Positions 1 to 12,955 of a stretch of 64,000 nucleotides of DNA are shown here, one piece after another. The DNA is from Felis catus (Eukaryota). The notes under the pieces were generated by a model. It was not told the DNA's origin and did no database searches. It saw nothing but the letters and a program-made list of their open reading frames with translations. The translations under genes were made by a program, and so were the position numbers. How positions within the stretch are numbered: the stretch's first letter is position 1; every line of letters starts with the position of its first letter. The stretch covers positions 54,562,001-54,626,000 of the forward strand of contig NC_058368.1 of NCBI RefSeq assembly GCF_018350175.1. Reading direction: 5' to 3'.

Positions 1-170
1 TCTAGAAATACCCATGCAAATATGCCCAACTAATTTTGACAAAAGTTCAAAATCAACTGGATGGAGGCAAAATGGCCTTAGGCAAGATGTATTGGAGCCA
101 CTGGACAATCTAAACCTAAATAAACGTAAACGTAAACCTAAACCTAAACCTAAACCAGATACCTTATTTG
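1..170 (+). mobile_element. Old L1 ORF2 C-terminal fragment
   Basis: Degenerate match to the L1 ORF2 segment 'DPHKYAQLIFDK..WRKD..KWCW' (aaatatgcccaactaattttgacaaa...gtattggagccactggac). Confidence 0.65.
110..156. repeat. (TAAACC/TAAACG)n hexamer tandem repeat
   Basis: taaacctaaataaacgtaaacgtaaacctaaacctaaacctaaacc. Confidence 0.85.
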
Positions 171-1180
171 GTTAAATATCATATTCTTAGAGGACAGTTA
201 ATACAAGCTTCAGTGAAAGATAGTTACCATGTAAGACTTAAGCTTCCTTAGATTGACACTGTATAAGATCATTTTAATATTTTTGAAGCGGTGCGTAGTG
301 TAATTACTAAAAAGTTGTAATATTACCAACTCTTCCCCAGGTTTTTCCAGATATGTGAAGAGTTCCAGATCTCTGCTGGATGCAATTGATTTCATTTTAC
401 CTAATGAGTTCAGACTCATAAGTCATCAAGAAAACTGCAGGCCATTGCCAATGGCTGTTTATAGTGCACTGTGTCTTTAAAAACCTATTCTATGGAATTT
501 CACAACATTGGAAATAGAATAAGCAGGAAAATATTTATATTACTTTTGTTGCTCTCCCTTATTTTTTCCTTAACAGCTAAAAATAACAGCTCAGATTCCC
601 AGTGGTTGGCTATTTCTTTATTGCTTTTGTTTAGCCTGAATAAACTGTAATAACTTCAACTATCCAAGGAAAATATATTTTAACTGTAATGTATAAATTT
701 ATCATTTTTTAAGAATGTGATATTCATTGCAGGTAATAAAAGGTTAAAATAATAGTAAAATTTGTGTATAGTAATTACCTATTTATTGGAAAATTAAGAG
801 TGATTACTAGTAATATGAACCTCTGCCACATTTACTTATGTTTAACAGAGAGTTCAAATTTCTTAACGCTCTCTTAGTTCAGTTTTAGTGATTTTATTAT
901 CTTGTAAAACAGTGATGAGGCTCAAATTTTAAACTAACTTGACTAGCACTGTAATTAATATTGCTTTGTATTTATTTTTTCAGAATTTATAGTTATATAC
1001 CTTTTACATATAAATGTTTTGTTTTCTTTTTTTTCTAATTTGACCAACTTCTTTTTTTTCTTTTGCAAAAAAAAAAAAAAACAACTGTTATTGCATTTAT
1101 GATTTTTACTTTTCCATTATTTTTTTTTCATTAATGTTTATTTGGTCCTTATGCTATCACCATTAGGATTGCTTTTTTGG

Positions 1181-1367
1181 GGGGCACCTGGGTGGCTCAG
1201 TCAGTTGAGCATCTGACTTCGGCTCAGGTCATGATCTCGAGGTTCATGGGTTCAAGCCCTGCATCAGGCTTGCTGCTGTCAACACAGAGCCCACTTCAGA
1301 TCCTCTGTCCCCTCTCTCTGTTCCTCCCCCACTTGCACTCTCTTAAAAATAAATAAACATTAAAAAA
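1181..1367 (+). mobile_element. CAN-SINE (SINEC)
   Basis: ggggcacctgggtggctcag head, CT tract, A tail; TSD aggattgcttt at 1165-1175 and 1369-1379. Confidence 0.95.
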
Positions 1368-1538
1368 CAGGATTGCTTTATTGTTCTTTTGTGTCATCCC
1401 TAATGAATACTTAGCTATATAATTTCAATGCATCTTGTTTACTCTGGGAGCATTTATGGCTTCGGGTAGAGATATGACAGCATTCTGATAGCCTTGCAAT
1501 ATATTATATAAATGTAAGATTGTTCTCTATTATATCTT

Positions 1539-1745
1539 TTTAAAAATTTTTTTAATGTTTATTTTTGAGAGACACAGAGCATGAGCGGGGGAGAGGCAGA
1601 GAGACACAGAGACACAGAATCCAAGCAGGCTGGAGGTTCTGAGCTGTCAACACAGAGCCTGACACGGGGCTCAAACTGACTGACCACGAGATCATGACCT
1701 GAGCCGAAGTTGGACACTCAACCAAGTGAGCCACCCAGGCACCCC
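1539..1745 (-). mobile_element. CAN-SINE (SINEC_Fc2-like)
   Basis: Reverse-complement SINE; TSD ctctattatatctt at 1525-1538 and 1745-1758. Confidence 0.95.
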
Positions 1746-2295
1746 TCTATTATATCTTACATGTCTCTTCCTATATGTATCATATATATTATACATTTTA
1801 TAAGTACATATGCTGGTTAATAATGATGTATACATGTATTTATTTTCTACATATTCTAACCATACTCCTGATTTTCTCTTTTCTCCAAGAATTATTTGAG
1901 GATGGGTTAATGTTTATAACTGACTTAGCTTTGTTAATATATAATTTTATATTATATATAGAAAATATGTTTGCATTATGAATTTATCACAGCGTATTTT
2001 TTGTGTGTCATATACGTTTACTTTTTAATGTTCTCTAGGCACTTGTAAAGGTTATATGCTCACTTATTGCAAGGTAAAATGTTTGATACACATTTATGAA
2101 AATATATTTCAGATTAATATTTTATTTATTATATTTATTTAATTATTAATTATGTGTGATTATATAATTACAATGAAATCCTATCAATTTTACAAGATTA
2201 TCTGTACTGTATCATATTATTGTCTATTTGATCAATAAAAAGTAAAGAATGTATATTAACCTACCCAGTACCACTGTGAATCCATCAACTTTGGC

Positions 2296-2575
2296 TTTTT
2301 TTTTCAACTTTTTCTTCTGAGATAATCGTAGATTCACATGCACTTGTAAGAAACAATACAGAGATCCTATATGTCCTTTATCCAATTTTCCCCACTGGTA
2401 ACATCTTGCAAGTCCAAACCAGTATATTCAGATAAATATGGTCAATATGCAGACCATTTCCATCAATTCAAGGATTTCCAAAGGCTGCCCTTTTACAGTC
2501 ACACCCACTTCCTTTCACCACCACACTCTCCTTAACCACTGACAACCAATAACTTGTTTCCTAATTCTATAAATG
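2296..2575 (-). mobile_element. Old L1M 3'UTR fragment
   Basis: gataatcgtagattcacatg...aatacagagatcc...ccccactggtaacatcttgcaa resembles the antisense 3' end of L1MB/L1MC. Confidence 0.7.
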
Positions 2576-3044
2576 TACAATCACTGTACAATCTGGCTAT
2601 TCTCCACTCCTACATTTAATACATAGAACAACTTTACTATATCAGGTTTGTATCTATTCGAAATAGAGAGTATGAGCAAGTCATGTTAGCTCTGAAATTA
2701 CTATGAATCTGATGCTAGACTGTTCTTTATCTGCACTGTGTTACCTATAATGTTGGTCTTTGATCCATTTGAAACTCACACTGGTTTTTAAATCTTTTTT
2801 CTTCTTTTTTTTAAATCTTCTCTTAAATTTATGATGAGCTTCTGAACAGAAGTACTTTTCCTAAGGACTCATTGTGTGTTTCAATAGGGTTTATTTCTGA
2901 ATTCCTCTCTTGTGTTTTGTGTGACCCAATCTCACTAGAGAAACCATATCCTGACCCATTGGTCCACTCCCAATTAGTCTTCCCTATAAGGAAGCAAAAT
3001 TAAGGCTTTACTATGTTAATTCCCGGAAGTGTGCCAAGAAAAGG

Positions 3045-3180
3045 TCATTGGACTGGGAGTCAGGAGGACCAACTTAGTCTAAGTTTTACCTATTTATACC
3101 ACATAGTTTTACCTACTTATGTAGCAGATGGCTTCTCTGAATCTCAATTTATATAATAAACATAGAAAGTAATATCCTTG
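3045..3180 (+). mobile_element. MIR fragment
   Basis: ggactgggagtcaggaggacc ... ttctctgaatctcaattt. Confidence 0.5.
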
Positions 3181-5843
3181 TATTATTCATATTTTTAAAA
3201 GGTTGATATTTTGGAAAATTTTAAAGCCCCAAAAGTCTTTAAAACTTTAGGAATCAAAAAATAAGCTATAGTAATATAATGTTTAGTGGGAACATTGGCC
3301 TTGAAGTAGAACTGTTGGAATAACGTCACTTAAGTAGCTACATATTCAACCCACATGTAAAATGTAACTTGAGGAAGTGCTCAGTAAAGACTTGCTGGGT
3401 GTCTCAATGCTCAAATTACATAATCAATGCAATAAAAAAAAGGAAAAAAAATTAACTGGATGTTTTGCTTATACAGTGCCAACCAAAATGAGTGGTGAAG
3501 TTTACCCAATCTGATCAGATGTCTTTAAATGTTATTTAACTTTGGTTTCCATTAACCTATTCAGCACAAATCTCTAGTATAGCACATAGGAGAAAGGATA
3601 ATGTGTTATAAGGTTGTTGAACTAAAAAAGCTACATAATTAAGTTACAGTGTATTGTCCCAATGAAATACAATGCAAAAAAACATTTTATTGGATCTTCT
3701 TTTTTGTCATTCAAATAAAAAGTTCTCCAAAATCAACATTTACCTTATTTGGTTTTAAAACAGTAATACTGAGAGTTAAATAGGGTATTTTCTGAGTTAA
3801 ATTGTGAAATTGAATAAAACGGAGTTAAACTAAATATTTACTAGGCAAACGATGTTTGTGAAACATTGAAAAAACATAAGTACTGTACTCTGCTTTTTTA
3901 TAGATTGTTCTTTTGCTATCCATCATGCATGATAAAAAGATATTTAGGCTAGATCATTTATTTTTCAAAAGAAATAGCTATCTGAATGTCATTTTATGAT
4001 CTTGGAACACAAAGGGTCATGGTTCTAGTGCCCTAAAATATTTAGCCACCATCCCATGAAAGGTTAACAATTTTTTTTTCTCTCCAGAAATTCCTTAACA
4101 GAGAGAGAGCAAAGTAGGGCTACTTTTAAAAAAAGCATTTAGGCCTAACAGCCATACTTTTTGAATATTTACTAAATATAAAGGGTAGTAAGTTACAGTT
4201 CTTTTTTAAATGCACATTATTACTTTAGTCCAACCCATTAAGTTCTCTAAACTAGGGTTTGTGGTATTTGGCATCAATTCTTCTGTTCTCTTGATAAGTA
4301 CCTAAACAGGATGTCCTTGCAAATTAAATGAAAAATAGCTCTGGAAGTTTTCCTCCCTCAGGAATAAGCATTAACTGGCAGATGGCTTAAATTGAAATAC
4401 ACAGGAATGCACTTTAGCTAACATTAGAAAAGTGTTCCAGAAGATATTACTGAGGTTAATTCATGAAGGCCCATCTCACTTCCTTCTGTACTGAAATGTT
4501 TTAACAGCTTCAAACTGAAGAGGCTTAATTTATTTTGTCTAAACTGTTACAAGACAGCCTCAATGAGGAGGAGAGCTTAATTATAACTAGTAAAATTAAA
4601 AAAAAAATGGCTGATTTCTTACCAGAGAGATTGTATTCCTCGATGTTGAAAAAAGAGAGACACCTCAACTCAAACATGTTTTCCAAACCTTGGGCTACCC
4701 AAAGATTAAGTCATTCTCCACACAACCTAAATCCTCTAACTTACTCTTTTTCTCTTTCTAACCACTTTTTTGGGCACCTAAAGTTAATACGGCAGATATG
4801 ACATTATGCTCTCATGACTAAGTGTTTATAATTTTTTAATAAAGTGCTCAATGGTGGTTTTGTAAAACCATTAGAAATACTTCAAAGCCATTAGTAATAC
4901 TTTAATGTTCTAACTTGAAGATCTCAGGTATTTGAAATGACTGGGGAAAAAAACTACATGAAAATGAGAATTGGGGAAATAATATTTGAAACTAAACCCC
5001 TTTTTTATTTAATTAAACAGTTCATACATGGGAGGTATCCTTTTAGACTGCCATTATTTTTAAGAATTGACATTTCTAAAAATATGACCATATATATTTA
5101 ATAAATAAGGAAAATCCTAGGGAAAAACTCAAGTGGGGAAAATGTGGATTTGCCCAGCACAACCTAGCAGTACCTTTTTTACTGACATAAAATGAGCTTT
5201 CCTGATCTTGTCATAAGTACAATCTATATCAAGGATAGTGAAATACATACAGAAAATATTGAAAAAATGCAGAACTTTGTTTTAAATGATAGTTTTAACT
5301 TCTTCCTTCTTCAGTAAAACAACTAGATATCAGTAAGTTAGCTATCCACATTTTATTCCTCATCATGAGAAAGTACACACAATTAGTGGGAATGAAGGTC
5401 AAAGAATGGAGAGCAATTAAAAATACATATTGATAATAGAGAGACTTAACTTGTAGGATTTGTCCTTTCTTGAACAACCCAGATCATATTATACAATTTC
5501 CTTTTATTTTTTTCTAACTCCCTAAATATAGCTATCCTGAAAAATATGTATTCTATTCCCTACCATTTCAATTACAATGGCAACAAAATAGACTGGAATA
5601 CAGCTAATTATCCTTATCCATATGTCCTTGCCTGAACTCACTATAATCATTCTCTCTAATCCTGATTTTTCGTTTGTATGTGTAAGATAGGTCAATAGCA
5701 CTGGGTAGTGCTATCTAACCAGTACAGAAAACTCAAACTCTCATTATTCTCTCAAGCCAATTATCCAATCAATAATTAGGTCTTTTCAATTGTTAATCAG
5801 ATAGCACTAAAATCTTTTTCTGTTTTTAAAATAGGTTTATTTA

Positions 5844-6058
5844 GGGGCGCCTGGGTGGCTCAGTCAGCTGAGCATCCGACTTCAGCTCAGGTCATGGTCT
5901 TGCGGTCTGCATCGGGCTCTGTGCTGACAGCTCAGAGCCTGGAGCCTGCTTCAGATTCTGTGTCTCCCTCTCTCTCTGCCCCTTCCCCCCTCATGCTCTG
6001 TCTCTCTCTCTCTCTCTCTGTCAAAAATAAATAAACATTAAAAAAATAATAAAAAAAT
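5844..6058 (+). mobile_element. CAN-SINE with internal deletion
   Basis: TSD aaaataggtttattta at 5828-5843 and 6059-6074; lacks the gagttcgagcccc segment. Confidence 0.95.
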
Positions 6059-6161
6059 AAAATAGGTTTATTTAAGAATTATTATAGTATCTATGTGTCT
6101 AGTTTCTCACTCTCCTGGACTGCCTCATTTCAATACACATTACGTACTTTTGCAAGAGTAA

Positions 6162-6370
6162 ATTTTTTCTCTCTCTCTTTTTTTTTTAGAGAGAGAGAAA
6201 TAGAGAGTAAGCAGGGAAGGGGCAGAGAGAGGGGGAGAGACAGAATCTTAAGCAGGCTCTATACTCAGCACAGAGCATGACACAGGGCTCAGTCTCTCAG
6301 ACTCTGAGAGCACGACGTGAGCTGAAATCAAGAGGCACATGCTTAAGTGACTGAGCCTCCCAGGTGCCCC
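6162..6370 (-). mobile_element. CAN-SINE (older felid type)
   Basis: ends ...gactgagcctcccaggtgcccc; GA tract; imperfect TSD caa(g/a)agtaa. Confidence 0.9.
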
Positions 6371-7604
6371 ACAAAAGTAATCCTTTAAAGCAAATATGAT
6401 CATGTCATTTCTATCACATACAAAAAAATTTCCCTCCCAGAGCTTTATTGTCCATAGGAAAAAGTAGGAACTCCTCACTATGGTGTATTGCATCAAAGAC
6501 CTCTTAATCCAAGACTGCCTACCTTTCCACAGCCACACTGAATCACCCCAACATCCAATCATACTTGTATAAAAACCTTTTTCATTGTAGCATATCATAT
6601 TGAAATCAAAATGTCCAAATTAAGTCATACTAGGATGGTTGTGCATTTGTCTCTTTCTTCTTTGAGCTCTACTAAATTTTCCTATTTATATTTTGATCCT
6701 AATCATTAGCTGCCTTAAAAAATTATGAAATTATATCTTTGCCTTGAGCTGTATGTAGGTAGAATACAACTTTTCATATAGTTATTGTACAAAACTTAAA
6801 GAACATCCTAAGGATTGTATCCATTGTAATTGAGTGATGAAGAAATCTTGCTGACCGCTTAGGCTATTATCAACTGTACCAATTAAAATTTAAAAATTGA
6901 ACAAAAAGCCATCTTATGAGGTAGTCACAAGAGAGTCTTTTGGGCTCCAGTGATCCTGCATCTAGAAAAGGGGAGGAGGCCCCTGGGGAGAATTCTAGGC
7001 AGCTATGCCCCTGGGGCTTGTATTCTCTGGATTAGAGGTAGACACCTCTGAAATGTCCACCCTAATGCTTAGAGTGAGATAGAGTGCACATGAACCTGGC
7101 CCAAAGAGGAACAAGAATGTGTGAAAACCAGCTGCTTTCCTTAGCCAAACTTTGTGATTTTGCTCTCTTTGCCCTGCCTTTACCTTTTCACTCCTGCTAG
7201 AATATCTATTTCCAGAGGTAATACATACCTCCCTAGCTCCTAGTGGGTGGAACACAGTGGGAAAGAAACATGCAAAAGACAAAGGTATCAGACACTTAGG
7301 TGCTTTTCAAATATCTGCAATGCCAGCATGTTCCCTACTTTGTCCACAAACCACCTGAGAGGTGGATTCAGAGTACACCATTTGGGCTTTAGGGTTCCAG
7401 CACCTGAGCATCAGGTCCCTTGAGTTTTCTCTGGGCACGAATACAGCCTCGGAATTTCACTATCCTTAGAATTTCCAGTAGGCATCCCGCGGAATCAACT
7501 ATAGCCAAAGAGTACTTTAACTTTATCAAAGAGAGAGAAAGGGTCTTTTTTCTTTTTTTTTAATGCTCACTTAAGAGCTCAAACCACACACAGCTTTTGA
7601 TATA

Positions 7605-7640
7605 TATTTTTTAAATTTTTAAAAATGTTTATTATTTATT

Positions 7641-7681
<41 letters not shown>

Positions 7682-7841
7682 ACAAGTGGGGGAGGGGCAG
7701 AGAAAGAGAGGGAGACGCAGAATCTGAAGCAGGCTCCAGGCGCTGAGGTATCAGCACAGAGCTCAAACCCACCAGCCGTGAGACCATGACCTGAGCCTGA
7801 AGTCAGTCAGAGACTTAACCGACTGAGCCACTCAGACACCC
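7605..7841 (-). mobile_element. CAN-SINE
   Basis: atgtttattatttatttttgagagag...gagccactcagacaccc; TSD gcttttg. Confidence 0.92.
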
Positions 7842-7889
7842 TGCTTTTGTTATTTTAATTTATCTTTAGTTCATTAAAAATAACTACTG

Positions 7890-8093
7890 GGGGCACCTGG
7901 GTGGCTCAGTTGGTTTAGTGTCTGACTTGATTTCAGCTCAGGTCATGATCTCACAATTTGTGAGGGAGCCGGGCATCAGGCTCCATGCTGACAGCGAAAA
8001 GCCTGCTTGGGATTCTCTCTCCCTCTCTCTCTGCCTCTCCCTTGCTCACACACTTTTTCTCTTTCTCAAAATAAAGAAATAAAAACTTAAAAA
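7890..8093 (+). mobile_element. CAN-SINE
   Basis: ggggcacctgggtggctcagttgg head; aaaataaagaaataaaaac tail. Confidence 0.92.
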
Positions 8094-9099
8094 GATTTAT
8101 GTATATAAAAAAGGATTCAAACCCAAGATGAAATCATTTACAATGATTTTCCCTAGTTCTGTACAATCTTGCCCTGCAACACAAGCTACGTTTAAAATCT
8201 AATGTCTGGGTTTTGAGTATTAAGCCGATTGTGGGTGAACAAATGCAGTGCTATTGTAAAATTGCTCAAATATAGTTAGTATCTCCCCATCCACCTGTCT
8301 ATTCAGAATTGTGAACTGCCCCTATTTTTCCAAGATCACGTGAAAATCATGCCACTGTCCTTAACCTCTTGTCATCTACTGCTCGGTTTTGCAATATTCC
8401 CAGTTTCCAAGAAAATTATGTAGCTCCTTAGGAAAGATAAAGGTGAAAATCGACATGAACACTAAAAGACAACGTTACATTTAATGCTTCACTTAATGAG
8501 ACATTTTCTTTTAATAAGTATATTTTTCTACCGATTGTTTCAGAACACTAATCTTATTTTCACTCTACTCTTTTAACATGCTTCTTTAAATGTTTATAAT
8601 GTACCTTGTTAAATATTTTCATGAAATTTTATTATACCTTTTTGGTATATGTGCACCTTTACAGTAGCAAGCATAGTTTATTACCTTATTGAGAGTGATG
8701 TAATTCTCCGTTAAAGGAAGGACCTGACTTGCTTTCCCTCTATATTATTTTGGTACTTTACTAACCTTTAAACTATTAAAATTATACCAGTGGTTTAGTA
8801 ATTTTGAGGCATAGGTTAGTTTAGGTAGTAGAGGATGTGCTAACTTTGTCTTCAGATGCCTTCTTCTCAGCCAATTTACAACTAAGATAAGTGTGTGGCA
8901 TCTGATTACTCCAACTATTGATTGGAGATCTATATAGGCCCAAGAAATGAACTATAGTCCATGTCAGTCCTTCTCAATAAAATATAATACTGGAGTGTGT
9001 TATGAAACGTATTGATTTCTTTTATGGTGAATCTGTCGATAGGAAAAAAAAATGAATCAAATAGAACTACATGTAGATTCAAATAGAGCAGTACCTATC

Positions 9100-9235
9100 G
9101 TTTTCTAGCCAGTCTTATGTCCCTGTGTCTTGTGACTTTGGCCAAGACACTTCATCTCTTTGGGCCTCCATTTCACCATCTGTAAAACAAGAGGCTTGAA
9201 GTAGATGATGGCAGAGATTCTCGCCTGCTCTAAGA
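9100..9235 (+). mobile_element. MIR (MIR3/MIRc-like) core
   Basis: tgtgactttggccaagacacttcatctctttgggcctccatttcaccatctgtaaaa. Confidence 0.8.
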
Positions 9236-9679
9236 CGCCTTGGTCCAAGGCCCTACCCCTCTACAGATCCTGCCAATGTGTTGGTACTAGAAGCTGTTTC
9301 AAAATAAAATTGACTTGTCCAACATATACACTCATTTAATAGCATATGAAAGGCCTTTTGGTTATATAGCCTTTTCTAGTTTTACGGTCTTGGCTACTAT
9401 AATAATGTCTTATTTTTAGCCATATAACTCTAAACATCATTCACTTGAGATCCCCAGTTATCTGCATTTGATATATAGTTGGTGGGGTTTCATTATTTCA
9501 TAGCATTCTTTGGCTACACTTCTCTCCAGCATCTTATTCACCTAAGCACTGTGATCGTTATTTGGAAATCTGTCCGATGGAAAGAATAAAAGCATATACG
9601 TCACATGTTCTTTACAGAATTGAAAGAAGTTTCATTAAAACCTCATTGTTCTCTTTACTGGGAAAAAAATTATGAACTG

Positions 9680-10924
9680 TCAAATCTTTTCATTGGATTG
9701 AGTCTTTCATCATTACAAAGCATATCTTTTTTACCTCTGCTGTCACTACTTGGTTAAAGTCTACTACCGAAAGAACTACCACTCCTTTGGCTGGGGTTTA
9801 CATGCTATCTTTACTATTCCTTCAGATTCAGTTGTGTTGAAATGTTTAAAGCATTCTATTGCAAGCAGCATATATTTGTGTTTTTATTTTAATCAATTAT
9901 GAACATTTTTCTTTAGATTTTAATATATATTTAATGTATTTACTAATGTATTTGGTTTTAAATTTGCCATAACACTCTTTCACTGGTATTTATCCTTACT
10001 TTTGTTCTCCTTCCTTGTATTATTTTGAATTAATTATAGGTCCTTTTATTATTTCATTGTTGTTCTTTCTTATTTTGTTAGTTATACGGTGTTTAACAAA
10101 TCTTTTCATGGTTACTTAATATTGTATCATGAATCTTTGACTTACTGAAGTCTAATATATATTATACTTATTCAAATCTAGCATACATTATTATACTTGC
10201 AATTTCTTATAAAATCATTCTTTAATTCAAACACTTTAATTTTTCTCTTTTAAAAGACAAATTTTTTATGATGAAATTTTTTGTATTTTAATTCTAAATT
10301 TAAAACCCTACAGGACACTGATTTTTTTTTTTTTTTTGGTCTACTTCAGTTTTACTATGCCAACTTCATGTGTAGTTTTACTTGTATTTATTCTAAAGTT
10401 TTGTACCACTTCATTATTATATTCTTTGATATATTTGTGGTAGCTACTCAATTACTAATTCTTTAAATATTGCCTTTAGCCTCATTCTTTCATTCCTGTT
10501 ATACTGGGATTCCAAATACATGTGCATTTTATACTCTTTTCTGCATTTTCTTTCTTATGTCCTTATTTCCAAAGATACCTTTTATTTTTCCTATCTTCCA
10601 ATTAATTAATCCTCTTTTCATATGTTTCTAATTTTTGTTATACCCGTATACCGCATCCTTATTATTATATCACTTCTATAATATCACTATTATATCACTT
10701 CTAGAGTTTCAACATAATTTTATACTAGTTTCTGGTTTTCTACTAATATTCTCCTTCCTGTCACTTAACTTATTGAAGTTTGAGTTAAAATTTGGAAGTT
10801 CCTTTCTGATCACCTTTGTGTCTGATCTTCAATAGGTCTGTTGTTACTCTTTCCTCCTAGTTTCTGGCTCATTCCTAGGCTTTGCTTGCCTAGATATTGT
10901 TGATTGAATAGAGGGCTTTTTGAA

Positions 10925-10988
<64 letters not shown>

Positions 10989-11540
10989 AGTCCTACAGTT
11001 CTCCATACTGCTCCATGTTCTTCAAAAAAGAATTTACCTTATGCTTATGGAAGACAGATGAATGATAATCTCTTTAATTAATCTGAGATTGAGCTGATTC
11101 AAGGCAATGCTGGGCATAGCTTTTTTGAGAGGCTATATCTGACTTCTACAAATGTAGCCCTCTTCATGCAAGTGGAAGCAGGGTGCTTACCAGTTCTCTC
11201 TTCTTTGGCCTTAACTATAATTCCCTTCATCAGCATAAAACGGTAGAAATCTTGGTTTTATGTCTGAGTCTCTCAAAAGGCATACTCTCAGGTTGGCACA
11301 AATGTTGGCAGGGGAGGGGGGAGAATTGGGTTCAAATATCAAGATTTCCTCTGTCAGCTGCTCTGCTCTGATACCTTGATCCTTTAAGTCTTTATGCTTT
11401 AGGAACTTCTTGATAGCCTTGTCACTGCCCTCTCCACCACCAACTCTCTTTGTTTTTTTTTTTTTCACATTGTGTTCAGCAATTCTAGTTTTTCTTTTGG
11501 TGGTGGAATAGTTGCTTTGAAGCAAGCTAGCACAGTATTA
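9680..11540 (-). mobile_element. Ancient L1 (L1ME/HAL1-like) antisense remnant
   Basis: T-rich tract with L1 antisense motifs (aagtctact..., cagcatatatttgtg, aaatattgcctt...ctgggattccaaatacatgt); boundaries approximate. Confidence 0.6.
10926..10984. repeat. (GA)n microsatellite
   Basis: Direct reading of the sequence. Confidence 0.95.
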
Positions 11541-11599
11541 CTGGGAGCAAAAATTCTACAAAATGCTCTAGCACTGGGCCTGAGTACAGTGCTAATCAT

Positions 11600-12560
11600 A
11601 AAGGGTAACTAATACAGGGAAATTCTGGTTTCATGGAGCATATATCCTGAAATGGAAAGATACTAAAAAATACAAACAAACAAACTAGGACTTGTATGTG
11701 TAAAAACTCTGAGCAATGAACAAGGTTGCTGTCTTTTATGAGAATAAACATTAGTGCTCCATGTGGATATCGAGTGAGGTGGAGAGTAGAGAGTGAGGTC
11801 AGTAAGAAAGACTTCTTATTTTCCAGTGGGAATTCTTTGAAGGTTTTAAATAGAGGAATAATGAGTTGATACATATATTACTGAATGATAATTCTGCTTC
11901 ATATGTAGAAAATGAGTATTATGGAAGAGCAAGATGAAAGAGGGAGGGCAGAGGATTCCAGGCAGGAGATGACCCTGGTTTGCATTACAGTGATAACAAT
12001 AGAAAGATATGTAAAGGTTTGGAATATGTTTTGAAGAAAGCACCAATTAAAGTTGTTCACGGGGGATGCCTGGGTGGCTCAGTCAGTTAAGCGGGTTAAA
12101 CATCCACTTTGTCTCAGGTCATGATCTCACTCACGGTCCATGAATTCAAGCCCCTTCTTGGGCTTTGTGTTGACAGCTCAGAGCCTGAAGCCTGATTCGG
12201 ATTCTGTGTCTCCTTCTCTCTGTGTCCCTCTTCTACTTGTGCTCTGTCTCTCTGTCTCTCTGTTTCTCTCTCTCAAAAGCAAATAAGCATTAAAAATAAT
12301 AGAAATAAAGTTGTTAATGGATTTAAAGTACAGAAGTGAGGAAAAGAAAAGAATCAGGAATAACTCAATTTTCATTTGTTTGTTTGTTTGTTTGAACCAT
12401 GGAGTACATAGTGGCATCATACAGAAGAAGAACCGACACGGAGGGGAAAAAAAACCTCAAGTATTAACTTTTAATAACATTAAGTGTGAGATGTCTATAT
12501 AAGAAAAGTCATGTGAGGTTGGAGATGATGTCTGAAACTGGATAGAAGAGAATGAAATTC
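11600..12560 (-). mobile_element. L2 fragment interrupted by a SINE
   Basis: ccaggcaggagatgac...ggaatatgttttgaag...gtgaggaaaagaaaagaatcagg, typical antisense L2. Confidence 0.65.
12062..12306 (+). mobile_element. CAN-SINE
   Basis: ggggatgcctgggtggctcag head; TSD taaagttgtt. Confidence 0.93.
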
Positions 12561-12750
12561 AGTGTTGCAGTTTTGAATTCAGAATGTCATTCAATGTTTA
12601 TAAATATTTAATGTTGAGAATTCACTAATAATGAATAATTTTTTAATTATAAAAAATTACAAGTTAAAGAAGTATGTTTTGACTTGTTATTTACTACACA
12701 ATTTAAAATGCATAACTAAAATAAAGATATTATCTTTGTTTATTAGTTTT

Positions 12751-12955
12751 CAACGTTTTTATTTATTTTTGGGACAGAGAGAGACAGAGCATGAACGGGG
12801 GAGGGGCAGAGAGAGACGGAGACACAGAATCGGAAACAGGCTCCAGGCTCTGAGCCATCAGCCCAGAGCCTGACACGGGGCTCGAACTCACGGACCACGA
12901 GATCGTGACCTGGCTGAAGTCGGACGCTTAACCGACTGCGCCACCCAGGCACCCC
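12751..12955 (-). mobile_element. Young SINEC_Fc
   Basis: Diagnostic cagaatcggaaacagg / gagccatcagcccag; TSD tttattagtttt at 12739-12750 and 12958-12969. Confidence 0.96.

Noticed and set aside
12631..12952. Recurring ORFs such as 'GGGAEREGDTESE' and 'RERERE' across the window
   Set aside because: All are CAN-SINE translations, not a gene family
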